Assembly (NCBI GenBank): GCA_964242415.1
Contig: CAXTAT010000023.1
Coordinates: forward strand, 14,580 to 78,579
Source: an uncultured Acetobacteraceae bacterium
GTDB taxonomy: Bacteria > Pseudomonadota > Alphaproteobacteria > Acetobacterales > Acetobacteraceae
DNA length: 64,000 nt
Direction: 5' to 3'
Shown here piece after piece: positions 35,435-43,697 of the stretch. The position numbers and the translations under genes are program-made. The notes under the pieces were generated by a model that worked only from the letters and a program-made list of their open reading frames with translations, was not told the DNA's origin and made no database searches. How positions within the stretch are numbered: the first letter of the stretch is position 1; the number at the start of each line of letters is the position of its first letter.

Positions 35435-36916
35435 TCACTCGGTCGGCGCGGCCGTCTCCGATGCCGCGGTGGTCTCCGCCACTGGCGCTTCGGCTGCCGT
35501 CTCCGCAGCCTCCACCGCGGGTGTCCCTGTTGAGGCAGTCTCCATGGCCGGGCTCTCCGCCGTGGTTGCCTCCGACGTTGCCCCATCTGGCGCAGGCGCC
35601 TCGGGATCGGCCGACAGTTCCTCCGGCGTCACGACACGATCCTCAACCTGCGCTTGGTCGAGGATGAAATCTACCGTCTTGTCTTCGAAGATCGGGCCAC
35701 GCAGGCCATCCACGGCCTGCGGGTTCTTGCGGAAGAACTCCATCACCTGCGTTTCCTGGCCGTTGTAGCGTGCGGCCTCGGCCCGCATGGCGCGTTGCAG
35801 CTCGTCCGGGGCGACCTGGACGCCGTTCTGCCGCCCGATCTCGGACAGCAGCAAGCCCAGCCGCACCCGGCGCTCGGCGATGCCGCGGTACTCGGCCTTC
35901 AGCGTCTCGTCATCCTTTTCCTTGTCTTCCTCATCGCCCTTGCCGGCCTTGCGGTCGGACTCGACGCGCTGCCAGATTTGGTCGAACTCGCCCTTGACCA
36001 TGCTCTCCGGCGCCGGGAAGTCCGCCCCCTTGGCCAGCGCGTCCAGCAGGTCGCGCTTGATCCGCATCCGGCTGACGCCGTCATACTCGCGCTGGATTTG
36101 CTGGCCGATGATCTCGCGCAGCTTCTCCAGGTTGTCGAAGCCGAACTCCTCGGCCAGGCTCTCGTCCACCACCGGTGGCGTCGAGTGCTGCAACGCCGTC
36201 GCCTTCAGCTCGAACGTCGCGGGCTTGCCGGCCAATTCCTTGGCGTGGTACTCGGCGGGGAACGTCACCTCGATGGTCCGCTCCTCGCCGGGGCGCATCC
36301 CCTCCATCCCCTCGGAGAAGCCGGGGATGAAGCCGGCGCCGCCCAACTCCACCGCCATGGCCGTGCCGGTGCCGCCGGGGAAGGCAACGCCGTCCACCTT
36401 GCCCAGAAAATCGACGGTCAGCGTGTCGCCGACCTGGGCGCCGCGGTCCTCCGTCACCGGCACCAGCACCTTGCGTCGGGCGGCCAGCTCGGTCAGCGCC
36501 TTGTCGATGCTCTCGGGAGACGGCTCGGCCTTGTAGCGGGTCAGGTGCAGGTTGGCGAAATCCGGCATGGCGATCTCGGGCAGCAGCTCGACCTCGACGG
36601 TGAACTGCAGGTCCTGCTTCTCGTCGAGCTGCGTCACATCGACCTTCGGCTGCCCGGCGGGGCGCAGGCCGCGGTCGGTCAGCACCTGCTGCGTGGCGCT
36701 GTTGACGCTCTCCTCCAGCACCTCGGACATCACGGCGGTGCCGTAGCGCTGGCGCACGATGTTCAGCGGCACCTTGCCGGGGCGGAAGCCCGGCAGGCGC
36801 ACGGTCTTGCCGATCTCCTGCAGCTTGGCGGTGCGCTTGCCCTCGATGTCGGCCACCGGCACGGTCACGGACCAGCCGCGCTTCAGTCCGTCGTGGAGGG
36901 TCTCGGTCACCTGCAT
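35435..36916 (-). CDS. tig: trigger factor (with an Ala/Thr/Glu-rich C-terminal tail)
   Basis: 493-aa ORF starting MQVTETLHDGLKRGW, with FRPGKVP and an FKBP-type middle domain (LGKVDGVAFPGG). It lies upstream of clpP-clpX. Confidence 0.94.
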   Translation of the reverse strand: MQVTETLHDGLKRGWSVTVPVADIEGKRTAKLQEIGKTVRLPGFRPGKVPLNIVRQRYGTAVMSEVLEESVNSATQQVLTDRGLRPAGQPKVDVTQLDEKQDLQFTVEVELLPEIAMPDFANLHLTRYKAEPSPESIDKALTELAARRKVLVPVTEDRGAQVGDTLTVDFLGKVDGVAFPGGTGTAMAVELGGAGFIPGFSEGMEGMRPGEERTIEVTFPAEYHAKELAGKPATFELKATALQHSTPPVVDESLAEEFGFDNLEKLREIIGQQIQREYDGVSRMRIKRDLLDALAKGADFPAPESMVKGEFDQIWQRVESDRKAGKGDEEDKEKDDETLKAEYRGIAERRVRLGLLLSEIGRQNGVQVAPDELQRAMRAEAARYNGQETQVMEFFRKNPQAVDGLRGPIFEDKTVDFILDQAQVEDRVVTPEELSADPEAPAPDGATSEATTAESPAMETASTGTPAVEAAETAAEAPVAETTAASETAAPTE

Positions 36917-36956
36917 CTGCCCAGTCCTTATCTCTAGCGCCCCGGCCGGGGAGGGT

Positions 36957-37041
36957 TGGTGCGGGCGGAGGGACTTGAACCCCCACGGCTTGCGCCTCCA
37001 GATCCTAAGTCTGGCGTGTCTACCAATTTCACCACGCCCGC
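36957..37041 (-). tRNA. tRNA-Leu (anticodon TAG)
   Basis: The reverse complement is GCGGGCGTGGTGAAATTGGTAGACACGCCAGACTTAGGATCTGGAGGCGCAAGCCGTGGGGGTTCAAGTCCCTCCGCCCGCACCA. It is 85 nt with a long variable arm, anticodon loop CTTAGGA, and CCA encoded. Confidence 0.9.
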
Positions 37042-37114
37042 GGCGATCCGCTCACGCGAGCGGCTTCAAGCGGGCGCGTGTAGCGCACCAAGGGGGGCGC
37101 GACAAGGCGGCTGG

Positions 37115-37270
37115 CTTCTCCCTCTCCCAACGGGGGAGGGTTGGGGTGAGGGGGGTCTTACCGCAAGCGCCGACTGTGGGTCAGGCGGCGCCACCGCGCT
37201 TGAGACACCAAGCCTTGCGCTGGCCGCAAGACCTCCTCACCCCGGCCCTCTCCCGGAGGGAGAGGGAGAC
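37115..37270. repeat. REP-like family 1, inverted pair (copy 2 of 4)
   Basis: The left arm is CTTCTCCCTCTCCCAACGGGGGAGGGTTGGGGTGAGGGGGG. The right arm is CCTCCTCACCCCGGCCCTCTCCCGGAGGGAGAGGGAGAC. The right arm overlaps the 3' end of the E1-like CDS. Confidence 0.85.
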
Positions 37271-39639
37271 GCAGCAAGCAGGGCTTGGGCGCAGGCATCC
37301 AGGATGGCGTCGGTGTCCAGGCCATACTCGCGGTAGAGGTCCGGCAAGTCGCCGCTCTGCCCGAAGCGGTCCACTCCCAGGGGCACAACCCGTTGCCCGC
37401 GCACGGCGCCCAGCCAGCTATGCGCCGCCGGGTGTCCGTCCAGGATCGTCACCAGGCTCGCATTGCGGGCCAACGGCGCCAGGATCGCCTCGATATGCGC
37501 CGTCGCAGGCTGACCTGCCCGGCGGGCACGGGCGGCAGCGGTCCAGCCGGCGTGCAGGCGGTCGGGGCTGGTGATCGCCAGCAGCCCGGCGTCCGGCACC
37601 TCGGCCTGCAACTCTGCGAACGCCGCTTCTGCCTCGGGCGCCACCGGACCCTGGTAGGCCAACGCAATCCGTGCCCCCTGCCCCGGCGGCACCACCCAAT
37701 GCGCCCCGGCGATCACCGCGGCCGGGTCCAGCACCCGGTCGGGCTGCTGCAACTGCCGGGTGGACAGGCGCAGCCACGCCGCCGACCCGTCCGGCGCCTG
37801 CATGTGCACCAGGGCGTGCCGCAGCAGGATCGCCAGCTCATCGACATAGGCCGGCTCGAACGACGCCAGGCGGTCCGCAGCCATGCCGATCAGCGGGGTG
37901 TTGACGCTTTGGTGCTGCCCGCCCTCGGGCGCCAGGGTCAGCCCGGACGGCGTGGACACCAGCAGGAACCGCGCATCCTGGTAGCAGGCATAGATCAGCG
38001 CATCGAGGCCGCGGTTGACGAACGGGTCGTACACCGTGCCGATCGGCAGCAGCCGCGCGCCGTTCAGGCTGTGCTGCAGCCCGGCCGCGGCCAGCAGCAG
38101 GAACAGGTTCTGCTCGGCAATGCCCAGCTCGATGTGCTGGCCGCCCGGCGCCATGCCCCACCGCTGCGCGCTGGCCAGCTTGGCGTCGCGGAACACGTCG
38201 TTGCGGGTGTGCCGGTCGAACACGCCGCGGCGGTTCACCCAGGGGCCGAGGTTGGTGCTGACCGTCACGTCCGGGCTGGTGGTGACGATGCGCCGGGCCA
38301 GGTCGGCGTGCTCGCCCTGGCCGCGGCCGACCTCCGCCAGGATGTCGCCGAACCCGGCTTGCGTGCTGGTGCGCCGGCCAGCCAGCTTCGCCACCGGCAG
38401 ATGGTCCGGCACATGCACCAGCGGCGCGGGCAGCCGTCGGCCCCCAGGGGTCAGCGTGGCGGCGAACGGAGCGGCGTCGATCACCCGCTGGAACGCCTCG
38501 GGCGACAGGTCCAGCCCCTCGGCCACGTCCCATTCATGGCCGGGCCGGATGTGCATGGCGTCGCGGAACACCTCCATCTGGTCCCGCGTCATCAGCCCCG
38601 AGTGGTTGTCCTTGTGCCCGGCGAACGGCAGGCCCATGCCCTTCACGGTGTAGGCGATGAAGCACGTCGGCTGGTCCCCCGCGGCATCGGCCAGGCGAAA
38701 CTGCTCGATCAGGTAATCCACGTCGTGGCCGCCCAGGTTGGTCATCAGGGTCGCCAGCTCGTCATCGGACAGGGGGTCCAGGATGGCGCGTACCCCGGCG
38801 TCGCGGCCCAGCTCCGCCAGCAGCGCCTGCCGCCACGCCGTGCCGCCCTGGAACGTCAGGGCGGAGTACAGGCTGTTCGGACAGTCGTCGATCCAGCGGC
38901 GCAGCGCCTCGCCGCCCTCGCGCTCGAACGCGGCCTGCAGCAGGCGGCCGTACTTCAGGGTGATGACGTTCCAGCCCATGTCGCGGAACAGGCCCTCGAT
39001 CCGGCCGAACAGGCGGTCTGGCACGACGCTGTCCAGGCTCTGCCGGTTGTAGTCGATGATCCACCAGACGTTGCGGACATCGTGCTTCCAGCCTTCCAGC
39101 AGGGCTTCGTAGATGTTGCCTTCGTCCAGCTCCGCGTCGCCGGCGATGGCGACCTGGCGGCCCTGCGGCAGGTCGGCGCCCAGGCCATGCAGCCGCACGT
39201 AGTCCTGCATCAACGCGGCAAAGCTGGTCAGCGCCACGCCCAGCCCGACCGAACCCGTCGAGAAATCCACCTCCGGCCCGTCCTTGGTGCGGCTGGGGTA
39301 GCTCTGGATGCCGCCCATCCGACGCAGGCCCTCCATCTGCGCGGCGGTCTGCCGGCCGAACAGCAGGTTGACGGCGTGGAACACCGGGCCGGCATGCGGC
39401 TTCACGGCCACCCGGTCCTGCGGGCGCAGCACCTCGAAGTACAGCGCCGTCATCACGCTGATGACGCTGGCGCAGCTTGCCTGGTGGCCACCGACCTTCA
39501 GGCCGTCGCGGTTGGGGCGGATGTGGTTGGCGTTGTGGATCGTCCACGCCGACAGCCACAGCAGCTTGCGCTCGATCTGCCGCAGGTCGGCCAGGCGCCG
39601 CTCCGGCAATACCGGGACGATGGGGCCGGGCGCGTTCAT
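37237..39639 (-). CDS. AceE-like (homodimeric pyruvate dehydrogenase E1 / transketolase-like) ThDP-dependent enzyme
   Basis: 800-aa ORF. The blocks GGHQASCASVISVMTALYF and AGDAELDEGNIYEALLEGWKHDVRNVWWIIDYNRQSLD parallel the GDG...N.N ThDP/Mg motif region of AceE. The ATG overlaps the upstream malonyl-CoA decarboxylase stop (ATGA). Confidence 0.8.
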   Translation of the reverse strand: MNAPGPIVPVLPERRLADLRQIERKLLWLSAWTIHNANHIRPNRDGLKVGGHQASCASVISVMTALYFEVLRPQDRVAVKPHAGPVFHAVNLLFGRQTAAQMEGLRRMGGIQSYPSRTKDGPEVDFSTGSVGLGVALTSFAALMQDYVRLHGLGADLPQGRQVAIAGDAELDEGNIYEALLEGWKHDVRNVWWIIDYNRQSLDSVVPDRLFGRIEGLFRDMGWNVITLKYGRLLQAAFEREGGEALRRWIDDCPNSLYSALTFQGGTAWRQALLAELGRDAGVRAILDPLSDDELATLMTNLGGHDVDYLIEQFRLADAAGDQPTCFIAYTVKGMGLPFAGHKDNHSGLMTRDQMEVFRDAMHIRPGHEWDVAEGLDLSPEAFQRVIDAAPFAATLTPGGRRLPAPLVHVPDHLPVAKLAGRRTSTQAGFGDILAEVGRGQGEHADLARRIVTTSPDVTVSTNLGPWVNRRGVFDRHTRNDVFRDAKLASAQRWGMAPGGQHIELGIAEQNLFLLLAAAGLQHSLNGARLLPIGTVYDPFVNRGLDALIYACYQDARFLLVSTPSGLTLAPEGGQHQSVNTPLIGMAADRLASFEPAYVDELAILLRHALVHMQAPDGSAAWLRLSTRQLQQPDRVLDPAAVIAGAHWVVPPGQGARIALAYQGPVAPEAEAAFAELQAEVPDAGLLAITSPDRLHAGWTAAARARRAGQPATAHIEAILAPLARNASLVTILDGHPAAHSWLGAVRGQRVVPLGVDRFGQSGDLPDLYREYGLDTDAILDACAQALLAASPSPSGRGPG

Positions 39640-41039
39640 GACCAGCCCCGCGCCAGGCGGCGGACCGCGGTGCTGGCGTTGCGCTTGCCCTCGCCGGCGT
39701 AGTCCTCGTGGTACTGCTCGATGTTGGGGGGATCGTAGAGGTAGTTCACCATCAACGTCGCACTCTCCCGCACGCCCTTACCAGACGTATCAGCCAGCAT
39801 GATGACGCGCTCCACCCGGGCGCCATTGGATAGATGAAAGTGCGCGACCGGGTCCAGCGCCCGCTTGGCACGCGCTTCCACCAGCAGGTAACGCGCGCCC
39901 AGGCGGACCAGCACCGGCTCCATGGCGCGCAGCATGGCGGCGTCGCGGAACCAGCCATGTTGCTGCAGGATGGCCTGCAACGCCTGCGGACCCGTCTCGC
40001 TGGCCGGCGCGTTGGCGGGGGCGGCGGTGCGGAGGGAGGATGCCTCCTCCTCGCTCAGCAGCGCCGGGTCGTTCTCGGCAAGGCGGGCGTCCAGCCATTT
40101 GCGGAAGCCCGGGATCGGCGACAGGGTGGCAAACGCCTTGAGGTTGCGGAACTCGCCCCCCAGCAGCTCCACCACGCGCTTGATCAGGAAATTGCCGAAG
40201 CTGATGCCGGCCAGGCCGCGCTGGCAGTTGCTGATGGAGTAGAAGATGGCGGTGTCGGCCAGCGCCGGGTCGAGCAGCGGCGCCCGCTTGTCCAGCAGCC
40301 GCTGCACGCTGCTGGCAAGGCCGCGGACCAGGGCGACCTCGACGAAGATCAGCGGCTCGTTCGGCATCCGGTGATGGAACAGGGCGTAGCAGCGGCGGTC
40401 GCTGTCCAGGCGGTTCTTAAGGTCGCTCCAGGAGCGGATTTCGTGCACGGCCTCATAGCCCACCAGGCGCTCCAGCAGCACGGCCGGGCTGTTCCAGTCG
40501 ATGCGCTGCAATTCGAGGAAGCCCACGTCGAACCAGCTTGCCAGCAGGCTGCGCATGTCGCTTTCCAGGGCGGCGAGGTGCGGGTCGCCGCGGGTCAGGT
40601 CCAGCAGGGTGGCGCGCAGATCGACCAGGAACTTCATGCCGTCCGGGATGGTGGTGAACTGCGTCAGCAGGCGGACGCGCGGCGGCTCCAGGGCGCGGCG
40701 CAGGGCGACCTTGGCGGTGGCGCGCTCGGCCGGGCCGGGGGCGGACTGCACGGCGGCGTAGGCGGTGGCGACGGCCTCGGGGTCGCTGTCGAACTTCGCC
40801 AGCTCGCCGAGGAAGTCGCGGCGGCCGGCGTCGTCCAGCACCAGGTATGCCTGCGCCAGCTTGGCCGCACGGTTGCGGGCGCTGACCTCGCCACCGCGGG
40901 CGTGGAGGCAGGCCTCCATCTGGTGGGCGATGCTCTGGTCGTCGTCGGGGCCGACGCGGTCCGCCATGTCGCGCCAGACGCCGGCGATGCGGCGGATGGC
41001 CCGGTCGAATAGGCCGATGGGGGCGGTGGTGTCGCTCAC
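39636..41039 (-). CDS. malonyl-CoA decarboxylase
   Basis: 467-aa ORF with MCD-family blocks: VGYEAVHEIRSWSDLKNRL, CYALFHHRMPNEPLIFVEVAL, FYSISNCQRGLAGISFGNFLIK, TLSPIPGF and FHLSNGA. Confidence 0.85.
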   Translation of the reverse strand: MSDTTAPIGLFDRAIRRIAGVWRDMADRVGPDDDQSIAHQMEACLHARGGEVSARNRAAKLAQAYLVLDDAGRRDFLGELAKFDSDPEAVATAYAAVQSAPGPAERATAKVALRRALEPPRVRLLTQFTTIPDGMKFLVDLRATLLDLTRGDPHLAALESDMRSLLASWFDVGFLELQRIDWNSPAVLLERLVGYEAVHEIRSWSDLKNRLDSDRRCYALFHHRMPNEPLIFVEVALVRGLASSVQRLLDKRAPLLDPALADTAIFYSISNCQRGLAGISFGNFLIKRVVELLGGEFRNLKAFATLSPIPGFRKWLDARLAENDPALLSEEEASSLRTAAPANAPASETGPQALQAILQQHGWFRDAAMLRAMEPVLVRLGARYLLVEARAKRALDPVAHFHLSNGARVERVIMLADTSGKGVRESATLMVNYLYDPPNIEQYHEDYAGEGKRNASTAVRRLARGWS

Positions 41040-41230
41040 GGGAGGTCGTTCATGGGGACGTGTCGCTCATGGGGGGGCGGCTCCGGGTCGGTGGCGGCAG
41101 TATAACGCAAGTACGCCGCAGCGCAGCGCCAAGTTCTGTCGCCGGAGGAAGGCGGCAGGTTCCGTGACCGGCGTTCTTGGCCGCGACCGCCGGGCATGCC
41201 ATGAGGGCACCGTGCTGACGGGAGGCGGAG

Positions 41231-41860
41231 ATGGCGATCGTGATCACCGTGGCCCAGCAGAAGGGCGGCGCCGGCAAGACCACCCTGGTGGCCAACCTTG
41301 CCGCGGCGCTTGCGGCGACGCGCCGGGTGGCGGTGCTGGACATCGACCCGCAGCGCAGCCTGGCCCGCTGGCATGCCATCCGCCTGGCCCGCCCTGCCCC
41401 GGCGGCGGCGCTGACCTTCTCCAACCTATCCGGCTGGCGGCTGGCGGCGGAGCTGGACCGGCTGCGGCACGGACATGACGTGGTGCTGGTCGATACCCCG
41501 CCGGTGATCGACGCCGATGCGCGCCGGGCCATACGCGGCGCGACCCTGGTTCTGGTGCCGGTGCAGCCCAGCGCGCCGGATTTGTGGGCGGCCGAGGGCA
41601 CGCTGGCGCTGGCGGCCGAGGAGAAGCGGCCGGTCCGCCTGGTGCTGAACCGGGTCGCGGCCGGGGGCCGGCTGCGTGCCGAGGCCGAGCAGGCGATGCA
41701 CGCGGGCGGCATGGCTGCGCTGGCGGCGGCGCTGGGCAACCGTGCGGCGGTCAGCCACGCGTTCGCGGAGGGGCTGGGCGTGACCGAGGCTGCGCCGCGG
41801 ACCCAGGCTGCCCTAGAGTTGCAGGCGGTGTTGGCGGAGGTGGTGGCGTTGGCTGGGTAG
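41231..41860 (+). CDS. orphan ParA/MinD-family ATPase (small, about 209 aa)
   Basis: It has a deviant Walker A (AQQKGGAGKTTLVANLA), VLDIDPQ and VLVDTPP. A GGGAGG RBS precedes the ATG. No ParB or other partner gene is adjacent. Confidence 0.8.
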   Translation: MAIVITVAQQKGGAGKTTLVANLAAALAATRRVAVLDIDPQRSLARWHAIRLARPAPAAALTFSNLSGWRLAAELDRLRHGHDVVLVDTPPVIDADARRAIRGATLVLVPVQPSAPDLWAAEGTLALAAEEKRPVRLVLNRVAAGGRLRAEAEQAMHAGGMAALAAALGNRAAVSHAFAEGLGVTEAAPRTQAALELQAVLAEVVALAG

Positions 41861-41989
41861 GCGGCCTGACTGGGCGGTGCTGCTGAAATCGTGATCCCTC
41901 GCCCGGCATGATCCCGGTGTTCGACTTATACCAACGGCCATCCGAACCGACCGGTTTGCTTGGCCCCTCGTTCGCCATTGCCCCATCAA

Positions 41990-42093
41990 TCATCGCGGGG
42001 AGCGCTTGCGACGTGGCAATCCAGGGAGCACAAGGCCGGAACCCCAGCCCGCGCCCCCTGGATTGCCGCGCCGAAGCCGGCCCGCAATGACGG
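41990..42093. repeat. repeat family 2, inverted pair
   Basis: 41990..42026 is the reverse complement of CCCTGGATTGCCACGTCGCAAGCGCTCCCCGCGATGA. 42056..42093 reads CCCTGGATTGCCGCGCCGAAGCCGGCCCGCAATGACGG. Each unit has an ATTGC...GCAAT outer stem and an inner GC stem. Confidence 0.8.
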
Positions 42094-42672
42094 GGCCTGA
42101 TGGGAGGCAGCATCATAGGGGTCAGAGTGGAGGGCCGTTGGGGTCACCGTTCGGCAACGGGAGACCCGGCAGTCCGCTGCAGCGCAAACCGCCCCAGGCT
42201 TGAATTTTGGCCAGCGCCGGCTGCCTGGCCTGGTGATACCGAAGTTATCTGCACCTTCGATCGATAAGGGTTGCAACGATGCGGAGGCTTCTTGCTCTGC
42301 TTGCTGCACTCAGTCGAGCAAAATCAAGCGATCCGCCGCTGGTTTCGGCGAGAAAAGCGCCAGGGCATCGGGTTTTGGCATTGGGCAGGCGGCGGCAGCC
42401 CACGCTGAGCAGGAGGAATTCGGGCGCTGAGGTTCGATGCATTTGCGCCGTGTTCCCGGGCGGTAAAATGCCGTTTCCGACGATTAGGCGAGTTAGAAAG
42501 CGCCATGATTTGTTTTTGCAGAACCTGGGTAATAACGTTGCGAACCCGCCACTTCTGGGCTATCCACGCCATTGCGTCTTAATGAGATCTTTACTTAGAT
42601 TTTAAGACAGCCCTCAGCTTAAGCATAACGCGCCCTCACGGAAGGCCGCGAGCAAACTGGTCGGAAACCCCT

Positions 42673-43524
42673 ATGAAGCCAATCTCGTTGGTCGATGCTT
42701 TCCCCAATCGCCTGCGCACGGCGGGAACCGCCCGACGCGCCTGGTGGCGCGCGGCAACGGCGACGGTGGCCTTCGCCGCCCTGGCGAGCGCTCCGCACCA
42801 GGCCCTTGCGATCCTATCGCCGATCCACGAATGGACGTTCGACGATGGCACGGCACTCGACGTCGTTGGCAACCTGAATGGCACGCTGAATGGCGATGCG
42901 ACGATCGCAAACGGACAACTGGTGCTTGACGGCAGCCACGCAAACGGTGGCGCTTATATGTCAACCGCCTTCGACACCGTATCGCTTTCCACGATGACGC
43001 TTGTTTCGTGGGTGTCGCTCGGCACTCTGGCTCAAGGTGGAGGAAGCGCCCTGTCGGTGGTCGATGGGTCCCAGGCCTTCAATTCGATCGATTACGCCGA
43101 AGCGACGCCTAACCAATGGATTGCCGGCAGCGATTACTTCAATCGGACCCAGCCCAACAATGGCGGGGCGGCGGTCAGCGATACCGGTGAGCACATGCTG
43201 GCGATCACCTATGATGCAAGCGGCACCGTCGAGCTTTATCTGGACGGGGCTTTCTATGCCAACGGCGGCACCTACTCAGCGTTTACCTTGGCCAATCCGC
43301 AATACATGGTTGGCCTGCGCCATCCTGCCTCAGAGCCTGGCAATGGGTTGCTGACCGGCAGCATCGACATGGCCAGTGTTTACGCCAGCGCGCTGTCGGC
43401 TGGTGATGTGGCGACGCTTTATAGCGAAGGGGCCGGATCGTCTCCAATCCCTGAGCCTGCCTCGGCCGCAGTTGTCGCTGCCGCGTTTGGGTTGCTGTGC
43501 CTCTCGCGGCGCAGGCGAGCATAG
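42673..43524 (+). CDS. secreted LamG (concanavalin-A-like lectin/glucanase) domain protein with a PEP-CTERM sorting signal
   Basis: 283-aa ORF with an N-terminal signal-like segment (RRAWWRAATATVAFAALASAPHQALA). The LamG_3-like body includes WTFDDGTALDVVGNLNGTLNGDATIANGQLVLDG and MTLVSWVSL. The C-terminus is PIPEPASAAVVAAAFGLLCLSRRRRA, that is a PEP motif, a TM helix and an Arg cluster. Confidence 0.75.
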   Translation: MKPISLVDAFPNRLRTAGTARRAWWRAATATVAFAALASAPHQALAILSPIHEWTFDDGTALDVVGNLNGTLNGDATIANGQLVLDGSHANGGAYMSTAFDTVSLSTMTLVSWVSLGTLAQGGGSALSVVDGSQAFNSIDYAEATPNQWIAGSDYFNRTQPNNGGAAVSDTGEHMLAITYDASGTVELYLDGAFYANGGTYSAFTLANPQYMVGLRHPASEPGNGLLTGSIDMASVYASALSAGDVATLYSEGAGSSPIPEPASAAVVAAAFGLLCLSRRRRA

Positions 43525-43669
43525 ACGGCCCGCCGGCGGACGGCTTCGGCAGCGAAGGTCCTGCCTGGGCCAAAGGCAACTCCGCGTGAGAGCCGCCAAG
43601 CCCCGGCCTGGCCGCAGATAAACCCCTGAGGCTGCCCTTGCCGCAACCCGATCCGGTTCGCCCCGATCC

Positions 43670-43697
43670 GGCCCGCAGCGCAAAATGCGCGCGGGCC
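43670..43697. terminator. GC-rich hairpin between convergent genes (no U-tract)
   Basis: GGCCCGC-A-GCGCA-AAA-TGCGC-GCGGGCC abuts the stop codon of the FUSC gene. Confidence 0.3.

Noticed and set aside
42279-42605. 108-aa ORF and other short ORFs (42200..42430, 42245..42442, 42324..42572) in the AT-richer spacer
   Set aside because: They mutually overlap on both strands and have no RBS, no domain-like sequence and atypical composition. I treat the region as non-coding or regulatory.
43640-43668. Short direct repeat CCCGATCCGG ... CCCGATCCGG between the PEP-CTERM and FUSC genes
   Set aside because: It is a 10-mer repeated once in GC-rich DNA, with no further copies or structure seen. It is probably chance.
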